Shown here: positions 8,643 to 17,513 of the stretch, piece by piece
Position numbering within the stretch: position 1 is the stretch's first letter
How the letters are laid out: each line of letters starts with the position of its first letter
Assembly (NCBI GenBank): GCA_964641955.1
Contig: CAZXNM010000006.1
Location: 74,556 to 138,555, forward strand
DNA length: 64,000 bases
DNA from: an uncultured Planctomycetota bacterium
GTDB taxonomy: Bacteria > Planctomycetota > SKW154 > DAOVDS01
Reading direction: 5' to 3'
Notes under the pieces: model-generated
What the model was told of the DNA's origin: nothing
Seen by the model: the letters and a program-made list of their open reading frames with translations, nothing else
The model's database searches: none
Program-made: the position numbers and the translations under genes

Positions 8643-9923
8643 TTAGCCCTTTTCAAGCTTCCTTATGCGGTAGTGTTCTTCGAAGTAGAACCTGATTTCG
8701 ACCTTGTCTTCGAGCTTGAGCGCTTTGATGCGGGCGACTTCCTCGGGGTCGGGAACCCACTTGCCTTCCCTGTTCTTGACCCAGTTGACGTGGAAGGTCA
8801 CAGTCTCGCCGACCATTGCCCTGGCGTTATCCGAGGCCTTGAGCACCTTGACGGAGAGGGTCGTCGAGCCTATGCCGGTCACAACGCCGAAAATCGCGCC
8901 CTCTTTGGGCCAGTTTTTCGGCGGGTTGTTTTCGGCGTGCTTCTTGACCTGCTCTTCTTCTTTTTTCTCTTTTTCCTTGTGTTCTCGCTCCTTTTCCTCG
9001 CGCTCCTTCTTCTCCTTTTCTTCGTTCCGGGCTTCCTTCTTCTCGCGTTCTTTCTTCTCGCGCTGCTCCTGCTCATGCTGCTTCTTCTGCAGTTCCTTGC
9101 GATGTTCCTCGTTCGCCCTCTTCAGAATCTGCATCTTCCTTACGCGCCAGTGCTCGTCGCGGAAGAAGTCCACCTTGACGGTATCGCCGAGCCTGAGCTT
9201 GCCGAACGCATTGACTTCCTTGGGGTCGGGAATCCACTTGGCGTTCTTTTTAATCCACTGGACAAAAAATTGCAGCGTCTCGTTGTGCAGCATCTTGCAG
9301 CCCCTGGACGCTTCCCTGACCTTAAGCTTGAACGAGAGGTCCTTGAGAGAGATTATCTCGCCGACGACGACGCCCTTCTCGGGCAGTTTGGATTCCTTTT
9401 CCCCGCTTTCCTTCTCGCCTTCCTTGTCGCGTTCCTTCTCACGTTCTTTCTCGCCAGCTTCCCTGGGGCCATCTTTTTCCTTTTCCCTCTCCTTTTCTTT
9501 TTCCTTTTCGCCTCCGCGCTTGGCGAATTCGCGCTGCTCCCCGGAAAGTTCGAGGATGTGAAGGGCATCGGCTTCCTCGTTCACAATTTCAATGTCGATT
9601 GTCTGTCCGACCTTGATATACTTGATGAAGCGGACGTGAAGCTCGTAGGGATGCCACTTGCCGTCGTCGCCCTTGACCCAGCGCGGCATGACAAGCAGCT
9701 TCTTGCCGACGGCGCTTTCCGGGTTCTCGGCTTTGTTGCCCTTCCAGAGCTTCAGGATTTTCTCCACCTTGATTACAATGCCGTTCTTCTCCTTGGAGAC
9801 GACCTTGCCCCTGACCATCCCGGAGAAGCCCTTCATTCCCTTCGGCAGCTTGTCATAATCCGCCAGCGCCGACACCGACAGGCACAGCACCAGACACACT
9901 GCCAGGGTTACAGCCTTTCTCAT
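8643..9923 (-). CDS. Secreted protein with three ~90-aa paralogous domains separated by long Glu/Lys-rich low-complexity linkers. Probably co-transcribed with the downstream hydrolase gene (stop abuts its ORF).
   Basis: ATG at 9923 with a GGGGAGG RBS. Signal peptide 'MRKAVTLAVCLVLCLSVSALA'. Domain repeats 'WVKGDDGKWHPYELHVRFIKYIKVGQTIDIE', 'WIKKNAKWIPDPKEVNAFGKLRLGDTVKVDFFRDEHWRVRK', 'WVKNREGKWVPDPEEVARIKALKLEDKVEIRFYFEEHYRIRK'. Linkers 'EKEKEKEREKEKD...', 'EKKEREKKEARNEEKEKKEREEKEREHKEKEKKEEE'. Confidence 0.6.
   Translation of the reverse strand: MRKAVTLAVCLVLCLSVSALADYDKLPKGMKGFSGMVRGKVVSKEKNGIVIKVEKILKLWKGNKAENPESAVGKKLLVMPRWVKGDDGKWHPYELHVRFIKYIKVGQTIDIEIVNEEADALHILELSGEQREFAKRGGEKEKEKEREKEKDGPREAGEKEREKERDKEGEKESGEKESKLPEKGVVVGEIISLKDLSFKLKVREASRGCKMLHNETLQFFVQWIKKNAKWIPDPKEVNAFGKLRLGDTVKVDFFRDEHWRVRKMQILKRANEEHRKELQKKQHEQEQREKKEREKKEARNEEKEKKEREEKEREHKEKEKKEEEQVKKHAENNPPKNWPKEGAIFGVVTGIGSTTLSVKVLKASDNARAMVGETVTFHVNWVKNREGKWVPDPEEVARIKALKLEDKVEIRFYFEEHYRIRKLEKG
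8879..9568. repeat. Two low-complexity pyrimidine-rich (plus strand CT-rich; coding GAG/AAG/GAA) DNA tracts inside the CDS 8643..9923, encoding the E/K linkers
   Basis: Runs such as 'ctcttcttcttttttctctttttccttgtgttctcgctccttttcctcgcgctccttcttctccttttc' at ~8950-9030 and similar at ~9410-9540. Spurious same-region ORFs in the track (8879..9076, 9353..9568) are K/R-rich artefacts of this composition. Confidence 0.7.
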
Positions 9924-10134
9924 AACCTACCTCCCCTTTTAAAGCGCCAGTTCCAACATTCACGATGCAAGACGTTCCCGAACGCGATGTGTCACGCGTT
10001 TTTATTGAGTTTTTTCCGGTGTGCACCGGTAACGTCTGCTTTTCAGCCGCTTCTTGGTTGAAATCCGCAGACCCCGTTTCATAGAATCATCATTCAGAAT
10101 AAATCGACAGGAAAATCGATTGGCAGGGGGGAAA

Positions 10135-10641
10135 ATGGCAAGAGAGCAGATAGGCAATTTTGAAGCGGCGCAAGAGACTTACGAGAAGCTGCGCTCGCCC
10201 GGCGCGCTGCTTGTTGCCGGGAAGGACACACCCAACATTATGACCATCGGATGGGGAACCCTGGGCATAGTCTGGGGCAGACCCATGTTCATTGTGCTTG
10301 TGCGCCAGTCGCGCCATACGCACAGCTTCCTCGATGAGCACGATGAATTCACCGTCTGCCTGCCGGACTCGGACATGAAAGAGGCAGTCTCCCTGTGCGG
10401 CACGAAATCCGGAAGGGATGTTGACAAGGTCGCCGAGTGCGGCTTCACGATGGCGCCCGGCAGGAGCGTGAGCGTGCCCTACATAGCGCAGTGCCCGCTG
10501 CACTATGAGTGCCGCGTGGTTCACACGAACGAAGTGCTGCCGCAGAACCTTGATGAGAGCGTCAGCGCCGAATATTATTCCGCCGGCGATTACCATACAG
10601 CGTACTTCGGCGAGATTCTCGGGGTCTACCGCGAATCCTGA
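10135..10641 (+). CDS. Flavin reductase-like domain protein (FMN-binding split-barrel)
   Basis: ATG at 10135 ('MAREQIGNF'). 'LLVAGKDTPNIMTIGWGTLGIVWGRPMFIVLVRQSRHTHSFL' matches the flavin-reductase-like fold signature (TIGWG...P). The upstream extension of the tracked ORF to 10054 is unlikely. Confidence 0.65.
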   Translation: MAREQIGNFEAAQETYEKLRSPGALLVAGKDTPNIMTIGWGTLGIVWGRPMFIVLVRQSRHTHSFLDEHDEFTVCLPDSDMKEAVSLCGTKSGRDVDKVAECGFTMAPGRSVSVPYIAQCPLHYECRVVHTNEVLPQNLDESVSAEYYSAGDYHTAYFGEILGVYRES

Positions 10642-10747
10642 ACAGCCGCCCCAGCATATTCCGAGGATTTGGCTTGCGCCAAAACGCGGTGCGGCGCTAT
10701 ACTAACGCCCCGAAATCAGCCTCAGACGGCTCATGAAGGAGTGCCTT

Positions 10748-11506
10748 ATGCTTCTGTGCGCAGACCTCGGGAACACCAGCGTGACTTTCGGCATCTTCGA
10801 TGGCGATAACCTGCTGAAGCAGTGGCAGGTCTCGATAGATGACTTCGCGGAGCTTGATGCCCTGTGGGACGAGCGGGACGTTCCCACTCCTGAAGCCGTG
10901 ATTGTCGGCTCCGTCAGGCCGGATGCCTACGAGCTTCTGGTAGCCTGGATGCGGCGCAAGTTCTCGCTCATGCCGGTGACAATCGGCAGGGAAGTCAAGG
11001 TGAGCATGCCCGTCCTCCTCAAGAAGCCGGAGGAAATAGGCTCCGACAGGCTCATGAACGCGCTGGCGGGCTACAAGAAGTTCGGCGGCCCGCTTATCGT
11101 CATCGACTTCGGGTCCGCCGTGACTTTCGACGTCGTTTCCGCCAAGGGAGAGTACATGGGTGGGGCGATTGCGCCGGGGATAAGGCTTTCTGCCCAGGCG
11201 CTCGCGGAGAAGACGGCGCTTCTGCCGGAAGTGCGTCCCCAGGCAAGACCGCCGGTCATTGGCAGGTCCACGCGCGGGGCAATCGCCAGCGGACTGTACC
11301 ACGGTTTCCTCGGCCTTGTTTCAGAGGTTGTCGAGCGCATCTCGGCGGAACTGGCTTCCAAGCCGCGCGTTATTGCCACCGGCGGCGATGCCCAGTTCAT
11401 TGCCACGGAGGCACCCGAGGTGGAAGAGACTCTCCCCGACCTGACCCTGCAAGGCCTCAGAATCGCGTTCAACGAGTACGTTGAAAAAACCAAGTCACAA
11501 GAGTAG
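10748..11506 (+). CDS. coaX: Type III pantothenate kinase
   Basis: 'MLLCADLGNTSVTFGIF' (DxGNT phosphate-1 motif), 'GGPLIVIDFGSAVTFDVVS' and 'GGAIAPGI' are CoaX/ASKHA-fold motifs. GAAGGAG RBS 7 nt before the ATG at 10748 (the tracked ORF starts 5 codons earlier). Confidence 0.8.
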   Translation: MLLCADLGNTSVTFGIFDGDNLLKQWQVSIDDFAELDALWDERDVPTPEAVIVGSVRPDAYELLVAWMRRKFSLMPVTIGREVKVSMPVLLKKPEEIGSDRLMNALAGYKKFGGPLIVIDFGSAVTFDVVSAKGEYMGGAIAPGIRLSAQALAEKTALLPEVRPQARPPVIGRSTRGAIASGLYHGFLGLVSEVVERISAELASKPRVIATGGDAQFIATEAPEVEETLPDLTLQGLRIAFNEYVEKTKSQE

Positions 11507-11509
11507 GCA

Positions 11510-12781
11510 TTGACGGACAGCGGCGCGACCGACACCGGCAAGTCATTTCGCAGCCCGTCTCCGGGCCCCGGAAACGGCAATCCTCACGGGATTTCGCTTG
11601 CACTCGCAACCCCGCCGGGAGTCGGCGGCATTGCGGAGGTCCACGTCTGGGGCGCGGGATGCGCCATGCTGGTAGATGGGATATTCCGCTCTAAATCAGG
11701 TCTTACACTCGCCGAGGCTCCGCCGGGGCGCATCCTATACGGCTGGATTGTCGATAACGGCGTAACACTCGACGAAGTAATTGCACTGCGCAAGGAGACC
11801 GAGCGCATCTGCGACGCCGAAACTGTCGAAATCGGCTGCCACGGCGGAGGAGCCGCCGCCCGAGCCGTGATGGACGCACTCTCAGGCCTTGGAGCCGTCG
11901 AGACGACGTGGGACCAGGCTCTCGACGCGGCGTGCGCACGTGGCGAAACCAGCCACATAGAAACTGAAGCGAACAAAGCACTTCGCGACTGCCTCAGTCC
12001 GACAGCCCTGCCGGTGCTTCTGTTCGAGCTGGATGCGCATCCGCTGGAAAGGGAGATTGCCCGGACACTTACCTTGGTCGAAACGGATGGCCCTAAGGCA
12101 GAACTGGCGTTGCGTACCCTGCTCAACCAGACCTGGCCCGTGCCTTTCGTCGAGCCACAGGCTGTTTTCATTGCAGGATTTCCCAACGCCGGGAAGTCAT
12201 CCCTCTTCAATGCGCTCGCAGGCCGCAAAAAGGTAATCGTGCACGATACTCCCGGCACGACGAGGGATTACGTGGATGAGGTTGTCGCGCTCGATGAATT
12301 GCCGGTGCGGCTCTTCGACTCGGCGGGTCTCGGCGAGTCTGCGACCGATATAGAGAAGCTCGCCGAAGAGTTCGCGTTCAGGGCAATGAAGGAAGCGAGG
12401 ATTGTGCTTTTCGTCTTCGACGGCTCCAGACCGGTTAAAGAGGGGGAAATGACACTCTACAATCAGCTTGACTGCGCCACGCTGATTCCTATAATCAACA
12501 AGACTGATTTGCCGCGTGCAGAGGGCGCCGCCGGGGTACCGGGAGCAATCGGCGTGTCCGCGCTTACGGGAGAAGGGCTTGAGCAGGTACGCGAGGCCGT
12601 TGCAGGCCACCTGGTCTGCATGCCCGCCGCGGTAAGCGAGGCGGTCGTCTTCACAGCGAGGCAGGAGGGCCTGCTGTGGAAGGCCCTGCACGCGCTGGAG
12701 GCCGGAGATATGGACGGCGCAGCCGGGGCGCTCACGGAAGCGCTCGGAAGCGCCTGGCGCAGGAACCAGAAAGCAACATGA
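11510..12781 (+). CDS. mnmE: tRNA-modification GTPase MnmE/TrmE-like (N-terminal MnmE domain + G domain). The C-terminal CxGK motif is not present.
   Basis: N-terminal 'ALATPPGVGGIAEVHVWGAG' (MnmE N-domain 'ATPPGxGGIxxxRxSG'). G1 'GFPNAGKSSLFNAL', G2 'TPGTTRDY', G3 'DSAGL', G4 'NKTD'. TTG start per ORF track. Ends '...[10 protein letters not shown]' without CIGK. Confidence 0.65.
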   Translation: MTDSGATDTGKSFRSPSPGPGNGNPHGISLALATPPGVGGIAEVHVWGAGCAMLVDGIFRSKSGLTLAEAPPGRILYGWIVDNGVTLDEVIALRKETERICDAETVEIGCHGGGAAARAVMDALSGLGAVETTWDQALDAACARGETSHIETEANKALRDCLSPTALPVLLFELDAHPLEREIARTLTLVETDGPKAELALRTLLNQTWPVPFVEPQAVFIAGFPNAGKSSLFNALAGRKKVIVHDTPGTTRDYVDEVVALDELPVRLFDSAGLGESATDIEKLAEEFAFRAMKEARIVLFVFDGSRPVKEGEMTLYNQLDCATLIPIINKTDLPRAEGAAGVPGAIGVSALTGEGLEQVREAVAGHLVCMPAAVSEAVVFTARQEGLLWKALHALEAGDMDGAAGALTEALGSAWRRNQKAT

Positions 12782-13317
12782 CGGAAAAGACAATAATAAC
12801 AGCCGAAGAGGTCGCAGCGCTCGTCGAGAAGCTCGCAACGGAGATTGTAGGCGAAGGGCAAGACCTCGACGGACTGGCAATTATAGGGATTCACAACCGC
12901 GGGGTGCCCCTCGCGCAGAGACTCGCCCGTCATATCGAGAAAGCCCGGGGCGCGAAGGTCGATTTCGGAAGCCTCGACATAACTCTCTACCGGGACGATT
13001 TCTCCGCCGCACCCGCGCAGCCGCGGGTGCACGCCACGCAAATCAACTTCGACGTGGCGGGCAAGCGTATCGTGCTCGTTGACGACGTGCTTTACACGGG
13101 CCGCACCATCAGGGCAGCGCTCAGCGAGATAATCGACTTCGGACGGCCCCGGCGAATAGAGCTGGCCGTCCTCGTGGACCGCGGGCACCAGGAACTTCCT
13201 ATAAAAGCCGATTATGTCGGAAAGACCATCGAAACCGCTTCGTCTCAGATAGTCGAAGTCAACTTCGAGGAAACGGACGGAGAAGACAGGGTACTCCTGA
13301 TGGACAAGGGGGAATAA
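12778..13317 (+). CDS. pyrR: PyrR bifunctional pyrimidine regulatory protein / uracil phosphoribosyltransferase
   Basis: '[23 protein letters not shown]...[16 protein letters not shown]...[18 protein letters not shown]' is a PRTase type-I fold with the PyrR-typical N-terminus. The ATG overlaps the mnmE stop (ATGA). Confidence 0.85.
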   Translation: MTEKTIITAEEVAALVEKLATEIVGEGQDLDGLAIIGIHNRGVPLAQRLARHIEKARGAKVDFGSLDITLYRDDFSAAPAQPRVHATQINFDVAGKRIVLVDDVLYTGRTIRAALSEIIDFGRPRRIELAVLVDRGHQELPIKADYVGKTIETASSQIVEVNFEETDGEDRVLLMDKGE

Positions 13318-13322
13318 CCTCC

Positions 13323-14243
13323 GTGGAATGGACGCGCCGTCACCTGCTGGGACTGCAGGACCTGAGTGCCGAAGAGATAACAGCGGTGCTCGATACGGCA
13401 GCCACTTTCAAGGAAGTCTCAACGCGCAGCATCAAGAAAGTCCCGCCGCTGCGGGGTAAAGTCGTCGTAAATCTCTTCTTCGAGCCTTCGACCCGCACCC
13501 GCATAAGCTTCGAACTCGCCGCGAGCAGGCTCAGCGCCGACGTCGTCAACTTCGAGAAAGCCACGAGTTCCGCCACGAAGGGCGAAACCCTCAAAGACAC
13601 GGCGCGAAACATCGAGAAGATGGGCGTCGATATCGTCATAGTGCGCCACAGCGCGCCCGGCGCACCCCACAGGCTCGCGCAGGTGCTCGACGCCTCCATA
13701 ATCAACGCGGGCGACGGCTCGCACGAGCACCCGACGCAAGCGCTGCTTGATATGTTCACAATCCGCGAGCGCAAAGGTAAGCTCGACGGCCTGACCGTCG
13801 CGATTGTCGGCGACGTTGCCCACAGCAGGGTCGCCCGGTCGAATATATGGGGCTTGCAAAAGCTCGGCGCGAACGTGATTCTCGTCGGCCCGGCGACCCT
13901 GGTGCCGGGAGGGTTCCGCGAACTCGGCGTCGAGGTGAGCCACAGTCTCGACGATGTAATAGGGCGCTGTGACGTGATAAACATGCTGCGCATCCAGCTC
14001 GAACGCCAGCAGGCGGGTCTCTTCCCGTCGCTGAGGGAGTATTCGAGGCTCTTCGGTCTCAACAGGGAGAGGATGTCGCGCGCCAAGGAAGATGTACTGA
14101 TAATGCACCCCGGCCCGATAAACAGGGGAGTCGAGATTGCGCCGCAGGTGGCTGACGGGCCCCATTCCGTCATTCTGGAGCAGGTCGAGAACGGCCTGGC
14201 GGTGCGCATGGCCGCCATGTACCTGGTCACGAGGGGGCGCTAA
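13323..14243 (+). CDS. pyrB: Aspartate carbamoyltransferase catalytic subunit
   Basis: 'STRTRISFE' (carbamoyl-phosphate binding STRTR) and 'HPTQALLD' (HPxQ) motifs. GTG start 5 nt after the pyrR stop. Confidence 0.9.
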   Translation: MEWTRRHLLGLQDLSAEEITAVLDTAATFKEVSTRSIKKVPPLRGKVVVNLFFEPSTRTRISFELAASRLSADVVNFEKATSSATKGETLKDTARNIEKMGVDIVIVRHSAPGAPHRLAQVLDASIINAGDGSHEHPTQALLDMFTIRERKGKLDGLTVAIVGDVAHSRVARSNIWGLQKLGANVILVGPATLVPGGFRELGVEVSHSLDDVIGRCDVINMLRIQLERQQAGLFPSLREYSRLFGLNRERMSRAKEDVLIMHPGPINRGVEIAPQVADGPHSVILEQVENGLAVRMAAMYLVTRGR

Positions 14244-15548
14244 ATGGACCTTGTGATAAAGGGCGGAAGGGTCGTAGACCCCGCGAACGGCGTGGACAAG
14301 GTCATGGACGTACACGTGCGCGGCAACGTCATCGCCGCCCTCGGCAAGACGCCCCGGAAGCCGGATGTAACCATCGACGCTTCGGGCCTGCTGGTCGTGC
14401 CAGGGCTCGTGGACATGCACGTTCACCTGCGCGAGCCGGGCAACGAGGAAGAGGAGACGATAGCGAGCGGTGCAGCAAGCGCGGCCGCGGGCGGAATAAC
14501 TTCCTGCGCGTGCATGCCCAACACGGAGCCGGCCATCGACAGCGAAGCGGCGGCGGAATTCGTTATTCTGCAATCGCGCCGCGCCGCCAAGTCCAACGTA
14601 TTCCCCATAGGCGCGGTAACCAAGGGCCGCAAGGGCGAGCAGCTTTCCGAGATGGGCGGGCTTGTGCGCGGCGGTGCGGTCGCCTTCTCGGACGACGGAG
14701 ACCCGGTCGCGAGCGCCGAGATGCTGCGAAGGTCGCTTCTTTACGCCAATATGTTCGACAGAGTGCTCATAAACCACTGCGAGAACAAGGAGCTTGCGGG
14801 AAGCGGCGTCATGAACGCCGGCATGGTCTCTCTGGTGCTGGGCCTTCCGGGCATGTCGCGAGCGAGCGAGGAAATAATGGTTGCACGCGACATTACGCTG
14901 GCAGACATAACGGGCGGCGCGCTGCACGTAGCGCACGTTTCCACCGCGGGCTCGGTCGAGCTAATCCGAAGAGCCAAAGAGAAGGGCACGCGCGTTACCT
15001 GCGAGGCTACCCCGCACCACTTCACGCTGACCGACGAGTGCGTCAAGACCTTCGACCCCAACTACAAGGTGAACCCGCCTCTGCGGACCGCAGCGGACAT
15101 CGAGGCGCTCAAGGCCGGCCTCGCCGATGGCACGATAGACGCGATAGCGAGCGACCATGCACCCCACTCCCTGGAAGAGAAGGATGTCGAGTTCTCTTTC
15201 GCCCCGTTCGGAATTATCGGCATGGAAACCCTCCTGCCGCTGACCGTAACCGAACTGGTTCGTCCCGGAGTCGTTTCCATCGGCAGGACCGTCGAACTCA
15301 TGTCGGTCAACCCTGCGAAAATTCTCCGGCTGGAACGCGGAACGCTCTCGCCCGGGGCGGAGGCGGATATAACGATAATGGATGTAGACACCGAGTGGAC
15401 GATTGACGCAAACGCCTTTCATTCCAAAAGCCGCAACTGCCCCTTCCACGGACGCAAGGTTTACGGTCGCGCCGTCAAGACCATTGTGTCGGGCCGTGTA
15501 GTCTTCGATATCGCCCAGCCCGCCGACCAGGCGGGGCAGTCGGAATGA
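14244..15548 (+). CDS. pyrC: Dihydroorotase (multifunctional-complex type)
   Basis: 'VDMHVHLREPG' (HxH metal site), 'DHAPH' and 'ASDHAPH' motifs. The start abuts the pyrB stop. Confidence 0.85.
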   Translation: MDLVIKGGRVVDPANGVDKVMDVHVRGNVIAALGKTPRKPDVTIDASGLLVVPGLVDMHVHLREPGNEEEETIASGAASAAAGGITSCACMPNTEPAIDSEAAAEFVILQSRRAAKSNVFPIGAVTKGRKGEQLSEMGGLVRGGAVAFSDDGDPVASAEMLRRSLLYANMFDRVLINHCENKELAGSGVMNAGMVSLVLGLPGMSRASEEIMVARDITLADITGGALHVAHVSTAGSVELIRRAKEKGTRVTCEATPHHFTLTDECVKTFDPNYKVNPPLRTAADIEALKAGLADGTIDAIASDHAPHSLEEKDVEFSFAPFGIIGMETLLPLTVTELVRPGVVSIGRTVELMSVNPAKILRLERGTLSPGAEADITIMDVDTEWTIDANAFHSKSRNCPFHGRKVYGRAVKTIVSGRVVFDIAQPADQAGQSE

Positions 15549-15566
15549 CCCTGTCAGGAGAGCTTT

Positions 15567-16007
15567 TTGAACCGGCGCACGCATGCAATTCTTGACGCAT
15601 CGGCAATAGTCTTTTACTGTGCTGCCATTTTCTATCTCTCCTCGAGACCGATATCGTACCCTATGGCATATCCTTTCTCCGGCTTCGACAAGCTTGCTCA
15701 CGCCGGGCTCTTCGGAGGTTTGGGGATGCTTGTCTGCCGTTTCGCGGCCAGTGACCTTCGACGTGCCCCTGCTCCCTCGATGCTCATTGCGGCCTCGTTT
15801 ACGACGCTTTACGGCTTCACGGACGAGTTCCACCAGTACTTCGTGCCCGGAAGGTTCGCAGGCCCCGCCGACTTCGCCGCCGATACGGCAGGTGCGCTGC
15901 TTGCAGTCATGCTGTGGTATTTCTTGTTCCGTCCGAAGCGAAGACCGGCGCTGCTTCTCCAGGCGCAGCCGCAGGTCGAGAAGGTCACAGATGACGTACA
16001 GGTTTGA
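15567..16007 (+). CDS. VanZ-like family membrane protein
   Basis: 'DKLAHAGLFGGLG' and 'DEFHQYFVPGRFA' match the conserved VanZ-like motifs (DKxxH...DExHQxFxPGR). 4 TM segments. Confidence 0.6.
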   Translation: MNRRTHAILDASAIVFYCAAIFYLSSRPISYPMAYPFSGFDKLAHAGLFGGLGMLVCRFAASDLRRAPAPSMLIAASFTTLYGFTDEFHQYFVPGRFAGPADFAADTAGALLAVMLWYFLFRPKRRPALLLQAQPQVEKVTDDVQV

Positions 16008-16449
16008 ATGCAGATGCGGGAAGAAACTCGAGGCGGACGAGAAAGATCTCGGCGAAGAGGTTCGCTGCCCGCAGTGCGGCGCCAGGATTCTGCTGCCCTT
16101 CAAGCCTGAAGGCACTCATGGATACGTCGGCCGCGAGAAACTCGCCCGCCCCGCTCTTGTAATGAGCCTGCTGCCGCTCGCGCTCATTCTCTACGCTGCA
16201 ATTGAAACCGCCGTATGCGGCAGGTGGAGCATTCTGAAGACAGCCTTCAATCTTCTCGGGCTTGTCCTGTGGCTCGGGCAGGTCGCGACTGTAATCCTCG
16301 GAGCCGTGGCTCTAAGGCGCATCAAGCGGGCCGACGATGCGGGCAGTATCCTCGAAGGCGAGAAGGAGGCGACGGTCGCGGTAGTGCTTGGTTCGGTGTG
16401 GCTTGCCCTGTTCGGGCGATTCTTGCTTTTCTACTTCCTCTACATCTGA
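15991..16449 (+). CDS. Small zinc-ribbon (CxxC...CxxC) protein with 3 C-terminal TM helices. Overlaps the 3' end of the VanZ-like gene by 17 nt in another frame.
   Basis: ATG at 15991, 'MTYRFECRCGKKLEADEKDLGEEVRCPQCGARI', then hydrophobic segments. The longer tracked ORF (15619..) upstream portion is a Ser/Arg-rich alternate frame of vanZ-like and probably not real. Confidence 0.5.
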   Translation: MTYRFECRCGKKLEADEKDLGEEVRCPQCGARILLPFKPEGTHGYVGREKLARPALVMSLLPLALILYAAIETAVCGRWSILKTAFNLLGLVLWLGQVATVILGAVALRRIKRADDAGSILEGEKEATVAVVLGSVWLALFGRFLLFYFLYI

Positions 16450-16466
16450 ATGCATGGCCGCTGGTA

Positions 16467-16760
16467 TCAGTACTCGATAACGTCGTCCAGCAGCGAGATG
16501 GATACTACGATAGCTTTGCGCACCTTGACCCTGAGGCGGTTCATCTTGACGCCGTGTTTCCTGGCCTCGATGCAGTATACCTCTTTCGTCGATGCGCCCT
16601 CGTTAACGTCGTGCACGTCGCAGTTTCTGATGGTCATGAAATGCTCGTCGATGCTTTCAAGCTCGCCTATGTAGAACAGGGGCGTCGAGGTGTCCACGAC
16701 TACGTGTTTCCCCACAAACTCTCTCAGCTCTTCCGCCTCGCTCTTACCGGATTTGCTCAC
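16467..16760 (-). CDS. Small hypothetical protein (97 aa)
   Basis: ORF overlapping the stop of the upstream gene by 4 nt (coupled). No recognisable motif. Confidence 0.4.
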   Translation of the reverse strand: MSKSGKSEAEELREFVGKHVVVDTSTPLFYIGELESIDEHFMTIRNCDVHDVNEGASTKEVYCIEARKHGVKMNRLRVKVRKAIVVSISLLDDVIEY

Positions 16761-17464
16761 TCCAGGAACCCCATCTTATCCAGGGCGCGCATGTAGACCT
16801 CAAGTTCTTTGAGCGAAGTCACGCCGATAACGAGCCCATCCACGTTCGCCCTGACGGCCGCGTGCACGCTCGTCGCGATGTCCCTGGCGCTGCCCACGGG
16901 CTGGACCTCGGCCAGGTATTTCATTCCGTACTGCTGCACGGTCGCAACCGCGTGTTCGAGTTCCGCGCCGCGCTGCTCGGCGGGGACGAGCAGTGCCCTG
17001 CAGCCGCTGTCCTCGAGCTGGGCTGCCGCCTTCAGCGGGTCGTACGTGGCCGCAGCCGGAAGCACCCATTCCTCGACTATGCGCCTGAAATAAAGCTCGA
17101 TATCGTGTCCGGAGGCCGTGTCCGTGATGTGAGGATGCAGAAAAACCACCTGCGGCTTGCGCTTCAGCGCCGAATTCACCTCGGTGACAAAGTCCTGGAT
17201 TCCGCAGGTATACGCCACTGCGACCTTGGGGTATTCCTGGCGCAGGGAATCGATAGCCTTGATTATGTTCGACATCGCGAGAGCTTCCACGCCCCATTCC
17301 AGCCCGGCGGCCTTGCCCATGACCTCGGTCATGGCTTCGGGATTGTCGTAGAAGCGGCTGTGATACTCGGAGGCTTTTTCGCCGAACCTGCCGGCACCTG
17401 CGAACACGCTGGTGCCCAGCCAGACGGCAGGCATCTCCGAGTTGTCAATCTTCAGCGTTTTCAT
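16757..17464 (-). CDS. Hypothetical protein (~235 aa)
   Basis: Start chosen at 'MKTLKIDNSEMPAVWLGTS...' (ATG at 17464). The tracked ORF extends further to 17593 but that N-terminus overlaps the Crp gene region. No family recognised. Confidence 0.45.
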   Translation of the reverse strand: MKTLKIDNSEMPAVWLGTSVFAGAGRFGEKASEYHSRFYDNPEAMTEVMGKAAGLEWGVEALAMSNIIKAIDSLRQEYPKVAVAYTCGIQDFVTEVNSALKRKPQVVFLHPHITDTASGHDIELYFRRIVEEWVLPAAATYDPLKAAAQLEDSGCRALLVPAEQRGAELEHAVATVQQYGMKYLAEVQPVGSARDIATSVHAAVRANVDGLVIGVTSLKELEVYMRALDKMGFLE

Positions 17465-17513
17465 GCGCAGTTCTTCTCCCTGTCGCAATTGTAACCGGTC
17501 GTGTGGCGTCCCG

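Noticed and set aside
8643-9923. Spurious K/R-rich ORFs within the E/K-linker region (8879..9076 -, 9353..9568 -, 8704..9561 +, 8673..10061 +)
   Set aside because: Artefacts of the low-complexity CT/GA-rich DNA. The frame giving signal peptide + repeated folded domains is the real gene.
10642-10732. Possible terminator hairpin after the flavin-reductase-like gene (TTGGC-TTGC-GCCAA at ~10669-10682)
   Set aside because: Only a 5-bp stem and no U-tract. Too weak to call.
12197-16115. Long antisense ORFs overlapping mnmE/pyrR/pyrB/pyrC (e.g. 12197..12880 -, 13419..14936 -, 14961..16115 -)
   Set aside because: Arg/Ala/Pro-rich translations with no motifs, fully antisense to well-supported genes. 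Typical stop-codon-poor frames of high-GC DNA.
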